DNA from: Candidatus Gottesmanbacteria bacterium
GTDB taxonomy: Bacteria; Patescibacteriota; Microgenomatia; UBA10105; UBA927
DNA length: 64,000 nucleotides
Direction: 5' to 3'
Assembly (NCBI GenBank): GCA_023245355.1
Contig: JAHFKN010000001.1
Span: 139,528 to 203,527 of the forward strand
The position numbers were made by a program, and so were the translations under genes. Shown here in pieces: positions 19,518 through 27,615 of the stretch (within the stretch, counting starts at the first letter, position 1; every line of letters begins with the position of its first letter). A model generated the notes under the pieces. That model saw only the letters and a program-made list of their open reading frames with translations, did not search any database and had not been told where the DNA came from.

Positions 19518-20464
19518 TGGCTGCAAAAGCCTCTAAGATTATCACTTCCTCGTACAAAAGTTTTTGTGATTATCTGCGCATTTCCCCCGATGGTTTGGAA
19601 AAAATAATTCTCGGTCCAGATGCATTTATAGACCATAAATTTTCAAAGACCATAAAAGGAAAAAAACGTGATTTTTTGGTACCGAATACACAGCTTGCGG
19701 GTATCCTAAAGAAGATTGACCGTTTGGTTAAAAAACAAATTCCTCTTCCGTCTTACGTATACGGATGGGTTAAGGGAAAATCATCAAGAAAGAATGCGCT
19801 GTTACATGCGGGTGCTGAATATCTTTTTACCACTGATATAGAAAGTTTTTTTCCAAATATTTCACAACAAAAAATAAGCGACTCTCTTGTGAAGTCTGGT
19901 TTTAATCAAGTTGTCTCTACGAAGATTTCGTTGCTCACTACCTTTGGAGGAATATTGCCCCATGGATATCACTCCAGCCCAACCCTCGCCAATGTTGTCT
20001 TCATAGAAAATGATAGACGATTATATCGTTTGGCTAAGAAAAATCATTTTGTTTATAGTCGTTGTGGTGATGACATATCGTTGAGTGGTGAACGACCCGT
20101 TTATCCCCTTATGGGTACAATTAGCGCGATAGTGAGGCAGAGTGGTTTTATTTTATCTAAGAAAAAAACTATTAACTCGGGGCCTCACGACAAAAAAGTC
20201 ATCACAAAATTAGTTGTCAATTCTTCTCCAAGGCCAGAAAAAAAATACGTTTCAAATTTAAAGAATGATATTCGTTCATTATGGGAAGGTGGGGTTGGAT
20301 TAGCAAAACTTTCAAGGCAGAATGGCATGTCTCCAAAGAGAATGATTAAGAATATATGGGGTAGGCTACACTATGTAAAATCCTCAAACCCAAAATTGTA
20401 TCGGGCTATTCGCGGTCTTTTAGTTAAGGCTCGTACTAAGTTGGATATCGCGCCGCCGCGTTAA
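19514..20464 (+). CDS. Retron-type reverse transcriptase (non-canonical catalytic box CGDD)
   Basis: RT motifs: LVPNTQLAGILKKI; YGWVKGKSSRKNALLHAGAEYLFTTDIESFFPNI (retron 'GFVKGRS..NA..H......DLKDFFPSI'); LPHGYHSSPTLANVVF; YSRCGDDISLS (YxDD position); VITKLVVN (retron VTG region). 316 aa. ATGA overlap with the XRE stop. Confidence 0.7.
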   Translation: MMAAKASKIITSSYKSFCDYLRISPDGLEKIILGPDAFIDHKFSKTIKGKKRDFLVPNTQLAGILKKIDRLVKKQIPLPSYVYGWVKGKSSRKNALLHAGAEYLFTTDIESFFPNISQQKISDSLVKSGFNQVVSTKISLLTTFGGILPHGYHSSPTLANVVFIENDRRLYRLAKKNHFVYSRCGDDISLSGERPVYPLMGTISAIVRQSGFILSKKKTINSGPHDKKVITKLVVNSSPRPEKKYVSNLKNDIRSLWEGGVGLAKLSRQNGMSPKRMIKNIWGRLHYVKSSNPKLYRAIRGLLVKARTKLDIAPPR

Positions 20465-20530
20465 TGCGGGTCAAGGGCGCGTCTTCGCGCTTGCGGAGCC
20501 CTTGGCGCGCATTTGTGTTCCATAATTATT

Positions 20531-20578
20531 TTGGAGGAGAGGATGCTTTCCCAAGCAGCCTCCCTCCAATATTTTTTG
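20531..20578 (+). terminator. Putative intrinsic terminator after the RT gene
   Basis: TTGGAGGAGAGG...CCTCCCTCCAA stem followed by TATTTTTTG. Preceded by the GC hairpin GCGCG-TCTT-CGCGC. Confidence 0.4.
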
Positions 20579-21014
20579 TGTTTGGCGGCGCGATGATGAT
20601 AGCTATCCTATAATTCTATTTGCACTTTTTATTGTCAAGTGTAATAATTCCTTTTGCGAAACCAGTTACCAGTTGTTGAGAGCGCTTGCTACTGTTGCGT
20701 CCATGCATAAAGCATGGAAATTTCATCGGAGTTCGTCCTCAAAATCAAGCTTCTATTGTCGAAGCGGTTTAATCGTGAGATCTCAGATAAAGAAGCGATA
20801 GAGTTCTATCAAAGTCTCTATTACCTCGGTCGGGCTATCGCTCGTTTCCATGCTCCTCGGCATGAAAACACTAAAGCGAGTTAGCTCGTCCTCCCAATTA
20901 TCTTTGCTAGCAGGGGTGGCTCGCGACAGCGAGACCCTATGCTTGACTCCTTTTAGATCATTTCAAAAGGATAGGATAGACGGGTCTAAGGAATATCTTA
21001 AAGGCCGTTTTTTC

Positions 21015-21761
21015 GCCATGCGATCTCGACCATCGACGTTTTGTCGGCAAAATAAGTCGATGCTTCTGCACTACGATAATGGCAAAATTTCACATGCTAC
21101 CTTTTTGCGCATCCCGTGTCGTTCGTGGACGTGTCCCGATTGTGCTCCGACAAAAGCACATCGAGTTACCGCATTGCTTAAGGAGATCATTATCCTGAAT
21201 GATATGAAATATTTTTTGACTCTCACTCTCGATCCAGCAAATATTCCGCCCGAGTATTTGGTTCCAGAGAATCAGACGCATAAATATATAACCAAATTAT
21301 TTAACTCCCTTTTGTCCAATATTCGTTTGATCGAAAAAGATTTGCGTTATGTATGGGTTATAGAGTTTCAGAGAAATGGGAATGCGCATATGCATATTGT
21401 ATTAAATACTCGTCTCGATATCGTGCAGATTCGTAAAATTTGGACGCGTATCGGGGGTGGTGCGCAAAGTCGTGTTATGCAAATACGCGATCTTGTCAGT
21501 ATAGCTGCGTATCTTGCAAAATATGTTGGTAAAAGCTTGCTGGGATCTATTGGTAATCTGCATTATTTTGAGCGACGGTATAGCATTAGTCATTCGTGCA
21601 TGCGTCCTGTTATTTCTAAAGCAAAAACGTTTTATCCTGACCTTTCTCATGTGGGTCATTTGGCTATCTTGAGTCAGATGGGTTTACTTGGGGTATATAA
21701 TAAGCTTCTAATTGGCGACTTTATCGATGGCGAAACAATTTCTGTCGATAGAAAAATATGA
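21015..21761 (+). CDS. HUH-superfamily rolling-circle replication initiator (Rep)
   Basis: Motif I FLTLTLD; motif II HMHIVLN (HUHUUU); motif III YLAKYVGK (compare phiX174 gpA YVAKYVNK, two catalytic Tyr); Cys cluster CRSWTCPDC. The track ORF starts at 20850, but the likely start is the internal Met at about 21015. Confidence 0.65.
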   Translation, partial: AMRSRPSTFCRQNKSMLLHYDNGKISHATFLRIPCRSWTCPDCAPTKAHRVTALLKEIIILNDMKYFLTLTLDPANIPPEYLVPENQTHKYITKLFNSLLSNIRLIEKDLRYVWVIEFQRNGNAHMHIVLNTRLDIVQIRKIWTRIGGGAQSRVMQIRDLVSIAAYLAKYVGKSLLGSIGNLHYFERRYSISHSCMRPVISKAKTFYPDLSHVGHLAILSQMGLLGVYNKLLIGDFIDGETISVDRKI

Positions 21762-23242
21762 AATATTTTGTTTATAACCGTAAATCTACTGATGAATCTG
21801 GTAACCAGATTCTTTCCCTTGAGACCCAACGAGCCATAACCGATCATATAGCTCAACAATCTAGCTTGGAGGTTATAGAGACCATTCAGGAAGCCCGAAG
21901 TGCCAAGATTGCAGGCAATCGTCCGCTGTTTACCTCGATGCTTGTACGTGTTCGAGATGGGGAGGCAGAGGGGATAATTGTTGCGCACTTAGACCGACTA
22001 GCGCGTAACGAGAGGGAGTTAGCAGATATCGTCGAGCTTATGCAGAGTAAAGCGCTAAAAGAAGTTCGTACAAAGGATAAGATTTATGACTCGGTTGATG
22101 ATATTTACTACATGGGTATCGACCTTATTGGTGCAGCACAATTTTCTCGTAAACTTGCTGTTCGGGTAAAAGAGGGCATGCAAACAAAAGTTCGCCGTGG
22201 AGAATTCCCGACTCGCGCGCCGATAGGATATATAAACAGAGATGCAAAAATATATCCCGACCCAAACAACCTAAATTACATCAAATTAGCCTTTTCGCTG
22301 TATGCAGATGGCACGCATTCCCTTAAATCCATCACTTATATCCTGAATGACCGTGGTATGCGCACTCGGTACTCTAGGCAAGAGATACAAAAATCCGTTA
22401 TCCATGGAATACTTTCTAATCCTGTCTATTATGGAGCGATTCGTTCTGGTGGAACTCTCTACAAAGGAATTCACGAACCCATTATAAGCAAGGCGCTTTT
22501 TGATCAAGTACAAGAGGTTATGCACGGACATAATAATCCCAAGAAAGAAAAACATGACTATTTGTATCGCGGGTATCTCAAATGCGGCGTCTGTGGCTGT
22601 TCTCTCACCGCTACGCTTAAAAAGCAAAAACATATCTATTACTACTGCACCAATGCCAAAGGTGGTTGCACCCAGCACAATAAATATCTGACACAAGCAC
22701 AGGTTACTGAAAAAATCCCAGAAGTCTTTAAGCCCTTTTCCGCCTTAGAAGCAGATTTTGCACAGCTTGCTTATGAGACGTATGTGAACGATCTAAAAAA
22801 TGGAAGCGTGTCCGCACAAGATCAAGCAGAAGTGGCGCTAAAAGAGATAGATACTAAGTTGGGACGATTACTCGATCTCTACATTTCAGGGTCAGTCGAT
22901 GAGTCGTTGTATAACGAGAAGCGTAAAAAGTTGTCAGAGGAGCGCGTGAAATTAAGTCTCCAATTAACATCCCAAAAAACCGTAGACCCTACTTTAACTT
23001 TGGAACAAATGGAACGGCTGAAAAAGAGCGCTCTATCAATCTATACGATGTTTTGTGAGGGAGATGACTTAGTAAAGGCTGATCTATTGCGTTCAGCACT
23101 TTGGAACGCGCATTGGGTAAATGGAAACATCACGTCCCAGCAATACAAACCTCTTTGGCAAATACTTGAAAAAGGCCTCAAAAGTACCGATTTTAAAACT
23201 ATGTACCCCCTGCCGGATTCGAACCGGCGATTCACGGGCTGA
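21758..23242 (+). CDS. Large serine recombinase (integrase)
   Basis: N-terminal resolvase domain YNRKSTDESGNQILSLETQ (catalytic Ser region) and IIVAHLDRLARN; recombinase domain; zinc ribbon CGVCGC...YYYC. The C-terminal about 13 codons and the stop are encoded antisense within tRNA-Glu. Confidence 0.85.
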   Translation: MKYFVYNRKSTDESGNQILSLETQRAITDHIAQQSSLEVIETIQEARSAKIAGNRPLFTSMLVRVRDGEAEGIIVAHLDRLARNERELADIVELMQSKALKEVRTKDKIYDSVDDIYYMGIDLIGAAQFSRKLAVRVKEGMQTKVRRGEFPTRAPIGYINRDAKIYPDPNNLNYIKLAFSLYADGTHSLKSITYILNDRGMRTRYSRQEIQKSVIHGILSNPVYYGAIRSGGTLYKGIHEPIISKALFDQVQEVMHGHNNPKKEKHDYLYRGYLKCGVCGCSLTATLKKQKHIYYYCTNAKGGCTQHNKYLTQAQVTEKIPEVFKPFSALEADFAQLAYETYVNDLKNGSVSAQDQAEVALKEIDTKLGRLLDLYISGSVDESLYNEKRKKLSEERVKLSLQLTSQKTVDPTLTLEQMERLKKSALSIYTMFCEGDDLVKADLLRSALWNAHWVNGNITSQQYKPLWQILEKGLKSTDFKTMYPLPDSNRRFTG

Positions 23243-23277
23243 AAACCCGTTGTCCTAGGCCGCTAGACGAAGGGGGC
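23204..23277 (-). tRNA. tRNA-Glu (anticodon UUC)
   Basis: Reverse complement GCCCCCTTCGTCTAGCGGCCTAGGACAACGGGTTTTCAGCCCGTGAATCGCCGGTTCGAATCCGGCAGGGGGTA. Cloverleaf with anticodon loop UUUUCAG. Close to E. coli tRNA-Glu. Confidence 0.85.
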
Positions 23278-23415
23278 TCGTATGTGAATTGTACCAAAAA
23301 CAGGCAGTAAAGAAAATTAGGGCAAAAAAAACGCCCAAATCTAAAATCAAAACAATGCCTCACATTTGGCAAAGTCCTGTATTTAGGCTCGGGCGCAACA
23401 ATGCGGTTATATATC

Positions 23416-23826
23416 TCAATCATCATCAATGTTGTTTAGGGCACGGATAATATGCCTCAGCGGCAAACCGAATATACCCGACCCTACCAGGCAAAAACAT
23501 ACGGTAAACAGTAACTTGCCACCCAGCCACAGCAGATTTTCCGTACTGAAGTCTCCTCCTATTTTCGGAGCAGATATCGTGATGACTGGCCACAGTGCCG
23601 CCTCAAAGACGACAAACAGCCAGAGCCAAATACCCTCATCTATCGCAAGGGCGATGGCTGCAAGAAACGAGTACAACAGCATGACACAGACTCCTACGGT
23701 TTCATTCCCATCGGGAAACAATATATACGTCACAACAGGAATGATAAGTATCAAAAGTACCGCGACTACCGGTCCGTACCGAAATTTTACTTTGCGTTTT
23801 TTGGGTTTCCATTGATTTACTGGCAT
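23416..23826 (-). CDS. Hypothetical small membrane protein
   Basis: Start at MPVNQWKPKKRK with a GGAGGA RBS. Hydrophobic helices; about 136 aa. Confidence 0.45.
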   Translation of the reverse strand: MPVNQWKPKKRKVKFRYGPVVAVLLILIIPVVTYILFPDGNETVGVCVMLLYSFLAAIALAIDEGIWLWLFVVFEAALWPVITISAPKIGGDFSTENLLWLGGKLLFTVCFCLVGSGIFGLPLRHIIRALNNIDDD

Positions 23827-24052
23827 GATGATCCTCCGATCGTAAAAACATATGAATGAAGCGGCTTCACGCACACTCCGGGTATGCAAAAAGCAGCTTC
23901 ATCCACACGATCGGCTCATTCAGAGATACGATTGAGATATGTTAACGTGCGTGATCACTTCCCCCGCAGATTACCCGGCACATCGGGAACAGCGGATGCA
24001 ATAATCCCGCAAATTATACACAAATAAATGGAAAAACAAAACTATGGGGTAT

Positions 24053-24424
24053 TTAGAAACTGCCGCGTTCCAGAAACTGAACCGCCTGCGAATGCCGCCG
24101 GATACGATGAAGCGTATCTACATTGATTTTCCCCCTATATTCAGGAGAAATACCGTATACCTCCACCACTACCTGCGCGATATTCGGGATAATATTGCGG
24201 ATTGCGGCAGGACGCGGGATGGTAAGCTTTTCCTCAATTTCGTCCAGCATGCCGTTCCAGAGCGCTTCCAGAGGAACTTTCCGTCGTAGCGCACCGTAGG
24301 TAAAGCCGACAAACGTATCCCACTGAGTTCTCGTAATACCGTAGTTTACCGACATATCCGGCATCGTTTTATCGGAGATCGCAAAAATCAGCGAAGCCCG
24401 TTTATCGGCATATTCAAGCTTCAT
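24053..24424 (-). CDS. Hypothetical protein
   Basis: 123-aa ORF, same strand as its neighbours. No motif. Confidence 0.35.
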   Translation of the reverse strand: MKLEYADKRASLIFAISDKTMPDMSVNYGITRTQWDTFVGFTYGALRRKVPLEALWNGMLDEIEEKLTIPRPAAIRNIIPNIAQVVVEVYGISPEYRGKINVDTLHRIRRHSQAVQFLERGSF

Positions 24425-24518
24425 AGAATCAATAGTATATCATACTATAGGCTATTTATCACCTTTCACGCTCTGTTTCAGGATAATTTGACTGCAGTGA
24501 AGGCGAAAAAGAGGAAAT

Positions 24519-24764
24519 TTATGACTCCTTCAGGGTAAAACAGGCAATGGTCATGGCCCTATCCAGCTTGCTATGCATCGCATTTACCGATGCGGTGAAA
24601 CTGCCTGTCAGTTTCCGTTTATACAAAGGACTCTGGGGATTATCACAGGTGCCCGTCACCATATAATTCACCCCGTCGGGAAATCCTTCCAAACCGCGCT
24701 TGGCGGCTACAAAAAATCTGCATTCATTACAGGGGTAATCGGCTTCTTTTCGCTGCGATCTCAT
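24519..24764 (-). CDS. Hypothetical small Cys-containing protein
   Basis: ORF with CNEC..C; start trimmed to MRSQRK. Competes with an antisense ORF. Confidence 0.25.
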   Translation of the reverse strand: MRSQRKEADYPCNECRFFVAAKRGLEGFPDGVNYMVTGTCDNPQSPLYKRKLTGSFTASVNAMHSKLDRAMTIACFTLKES

Positions 24765-24786
24765 ATGGTATAGGTCAGTAACACCG

Positions 24787-25296
24787 TTATCGCCTGAAGT
24801 CTTTGGCAAACAATAATTCGTCCTGTGACCAGCGTAGTCCCGCGCGCGATGCAAAATCATTATACCGCGTTACGACATGTTCGGAATCCGCATGCTCGAT
24901 TCCCTCTATCATGACGGGATTGGGCATCGTAAGCCGCCGTATGTCCGTCCGTCTGTTAGTTGCTATCCCGACTGCTTCATCCGCCATCAAATCTATCCAG
25001 CAGACTGCCGTAGCTACCCGAAACGCCCTGGGAGACCGTGCGCCCTGCAGCTGTAACAGCCTCATCTCACGGTCCAGCAGTTCGAAGCTCGTAACCGCCC
25101 CTTCTTTTTCCTTGTACGACAAAAGCAAACTCACATCTCCTGTTACCGGCGTATGCATAGTACCCCGTTCGGCTCCGACCAGGAATGCTAGCGAGATCCG
25201 TGACCTATCCAGCGGAGGCAGAATAAATGACCGCAGATACGTTTCAAACCCCGTTGTTTTCGGAAACATCGACTGAATATGTTCAATTCGTGCCAT
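24787..25296 (-). CDS. Hypothetical protein
   Basis: 169 aa. More protein-like composition than the overlapping plus-strand ORF. Confidence 0.35.
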   Translation of the reverse strand: MARIEHIQSMFPKTTGFETYLRSFILPPLDRSRISLAFLVGAERGTMHTPVTGDVSLLLSYKEKEGAVTSFELLDREMRLLQLQGARSPRAFRVATAVCWIDLMADEAVGIATNRRTDIRRLTMPNPVMIEGIEHADSEHVVTRYNDFASRAGLRWSQDELLFAKDFRR

Positions 25297-25462
25297 ACGT
25301 TAATTACCTTACGAAGCTGAAGTATAGAGCTTTAGCACTGTATTCTCAACTCTTAAGCGCGTCTGAACGCGACGGACGAATTGATTTGCCTCTCATTTTC
25401 CCGTGATATTTGTGTATTCCCCCCTTGCATGTTGGTAGGCATTTGCCTTTAAATAGTTCAAT

Positions 25463-25942
25463 ATGAATGATCAAACATCTTCTGACCCCGTAGAGACCGG
25501 TGAAGTTATAGAGGCAACTCCTGTCAGTACTGCTTCGGATTCGTCCGGCGCTGATACCGTATTGGAACTTGAGAATATGATAAAAAATTCCGTGACGACC
25601 ATCGACCGGAACAAGGCAGAACTCAAAAAACACAAAGAAATGCTGGAAAGCGCGCTGTTAAATGACGAGCCGTACCGTCTGGCAACCGAAAAAACCAAAG
25701 AAGCGGCCAAAGAAAAAGGCAAAGCCAAAATGAATGTCATGCAAAACCCCGCTACCAGACAGATTGCAGAAAAGGTAAAAGATATGACACAGGAAAATAA
25801 AGACCTGCTCGCGGCTCAGTCGGAATATTTGCGCGAGTACGCACGGCTTTCCGGCACGAATGAAATAGAGGGTGAAGACGGAGAGGTCCGGGAAATCGTA
25901 TATGTTGCCAAACTGATAAAGAAAGCCCGGAGAAACAGCTAA
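25463..25942 (+). CDS. Hypothetical Lys/Glu-rich coiled-coil protein
   Basis: Charged, heptad-like composition (KEKGKAKMNVMQNP..). 159 aa. Confidence 0.4.
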   Translation: MNDQTSSDPVETGEVIEATPVSTASDSSGADTVLELENMIKNSVTTIDRNKAELKKHKEMLESALLNDEPYRLATEKTKEAAKEKGKAKMNVMQNPATRQIAEKVKDMTQENKDLLAAQSEYLREYARLSGTNEIEGEDGEVREIVYVAKLIKKARRNS

Positions 25943-25953
25943 GTTTCCCGGCC

Positions 25954-26637
25954 TTACTGCAGGGAGATACCGTTCTTCCTGCGTTCTTCTACCAAAAACC
26001 ATTCCTCTTTGGGTGAGATAAGCCATCTGGCAATCACGCGGAGCGCGTCTTTGTACTGGGTTTTGTGGCATCTGGCTGCCGCGATTTTTTTGGTGAACGT
26101 GCGCTTTACATTTACGATCATGTCTACGTCTTCCCGTTTGAACCCGGGCGGAAAGAATACGAAATATGATTGCATAAGCTTGCTTACTGATTCGCTCACG
26201 CAGTTGTACCAGATAGCATCAATCGAACGGTTCTCGCGGTACACGTAACTCGTAATCATAGAAACGGCGACATGATCCAGATGCCCCGATACTCCGCGGA
26301 GTTCCGTGGTGATGAGAAGTGACGGCTTGTATTCTTTTACCAATACCGTCAGTTTTTCCGCTACTTCGTGATAAAGGTTATTGTTGAGCGACCCGTCCTG
26401 GAAATGCAAAAAATGCACGTGCTGCACTCCGAGTGCTTTCGCGGAAGCACGAAGCTCCTCTATCCGCAGATCGGAAAGCTTTTTCCCCCCGATGGGGTGA
26501 AACCGCGGATCACTGGCTCCGTCGGTGACGCATATTACGTGTACGTCTTCCGTTTTGGCAAGCAGTGCGAGCGTTCCCGACGGACCAAACGCTTCATCAT
26601 CGGGGTGGGCTATCACACAAAATACCGTCTTTTTCAT
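25954..26637 (-). CDS. PIG-L/LmbE-family N-acetylglucosaminyl deacetylase
   Basis: N-terminal VIAHPDDEAFGPSGTLA and HxxH motifs typical of LmbE-like deacetylases. Confidence 0.8.
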   Translation of the reverse strand: MKKTVFCVIAHPDDEAFGPSGTLALLAKTEDVHVICVTDGASDPRFHPIGGKKLSDLRIEELRASAKALGVQHVHFLHFQDGSLNNNLYHEVAEKLTVLVKEYKPSLLITTELRGVSGHLDHVAVSMITSYVYRENRSIDAIWYNCVSESVSKLMQSYFVFFPPGFKREDVDMIVNVKRTFTKKIAAARCHKTQYKDALRVIARWLISPKEEWFLVEERRKNGISLQ

Positions 26638-26638
26638 T

Positions 26639-27586
26639 ATGGTAGATTATAATACACCTATGGACGTATTTACACACTTTGATGAACCTCTGCATGCGCT
26701 CTGGGACGCTGCCATGACTCATGAATCCGTCCCGTGGCCGTTTTTTACCTTTACCTGGCACCAACACTGGCACGATCACTTTAGCGACAACGAACAGCTC
26801 ATGATTATGTCTGACACAAAAAACCAGGTCATTATCCCCGTAAGTATCAGGGACCGCACCGCGCACTTTACCGGCGGCGAGGAGATTGCCGATTATCTTG
26901 ATGCAGTAGGAACCAGTACGCACAAGGCCGCTGCATGGCAGGAGGCGGTGTTGCTGCTCAAAGAGCAGGGAGTCAGTGCCCTGCTGCTCAGAAACATTCC
27001 CGAAGGCTCCCCGACTATCGACGCATTACTTCCTCTTACGGACGTACAAATAACGCAGGAAGATACTACTCCGATACTTACGCTGCCTGATTCGTTTGAT
27101 GACTACCTCTCCTCGCTGGACCGCAAGGACCGTCATGAATTGAAGCGGAAAATGAAAAAGTTTGAAGCAGAGCACCCGGCGCTTTCTTTTGTCCCCCGGA
27201 CCGGGAATTCGACGGATATGCCGTCACTGCTTCGGCTTATGCGCCTCGACACGGACAAAGCCGCGTTTCTGACGCGGGAGATGACAGGCTTTTTCGAAAC
27301 GCTTCCGTCCGTTTTTCCCGGCGATATATGGCAATTTGTTCTGATGCAGCAAGACACCATTATCGCAACGACTTTGGCGTTCCGTGTGCGTGATTCCCTG
27401 CTGCTTTACAATTCCGGATTTGATCCGGACTATCCCGGTGCAGGCTGGTACATAAAAGCAAAAACCATCAACTGGGCCATAGAGCAGTCTGTCCGGTCGT
27501 ATAATTTTCTTCAGGGGAATGAGCGGTACAAATACGATCTGGGCGCCAAAGACTCTGCCGTATACCGGATATCGGTTCCGTTGTAA
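26639..27586 (+). CDS. GNAT-fold acetyltransferase, FemAB/CelD (BioF2-like) family
   Basis: C-terminal YNSGFDPDYPGAGWYIKAKTINWAIEQSVRSYNFLQGNERYKYDLGAK resembles the Acetyltransf_6/CelD family. Start set at MVDYN (26639), abutting the LmbE start. Confidence 0.5.
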   Translation: MVDYNTPMDVFTHFDEPLHALWDAAMTHESVPWPFFTFTWHQHWHDHFSDNEQLMIMSDTKNQVIIPVSIRDRTAHFTGGEEIADYLDAVGTSTHKAAAWQEAVLLLKEQGVSALLLRNIPEGSPTIDALLPLTDVQITQEDTTPILTLPDSFDDYLSSLDRKDRHELKRKMKKFEAEHPALSFVPRTGNSTDMPSLLRLMRLDTDKAAFLTREMTGFFETLPSVFPGDIWQFVLMQQDTIIATTLAFRVRDSLLLYNSGFDPDYPGAGWYIKAKTINWAIEQSVRSYNFLQGNERYKYDLGAKDSAVYRISVPL

Positions 27587-27615
27587 CTCGTTCATTTGCT
27601 ATAATACAAAAACCA

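Larger units (their letters stand above)
18549..23277 (+). mobile_element. Integrative element at tRNA-Glu: small protein - XRE - retron-type RT - HUH Rep - large serine recombinase
   Basis: All five genes are co-oriented with ATGA overlaps. The serine recombinase 3' end overlaps tRNA-Glu antisense. A rolling-circle Rep is present. The left border is undefined (serine integrases need no long direct repeats). Confidence 0.6.

Noticed and set aside
18549-23277. Search for long direct repeats (duplicated tRNA 3' ends) flanking the two islands
   Set aside because: No copy of the tRNA-Glu 3' segment was seen near 18.55 kb, and the other end of island 2 is outside the window. This does not argue against integration, because serine recombinases use very short crossover cores; the left boundary of island 1 remains unassigned.
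26525-26638. N-terminal extension of the GNAT ORF (26525 start in track)
   Set aside because: It would overlap the LmbE coding region antisense for 113 nt; the internal Met at 26639 gives a non-overlapping gene.
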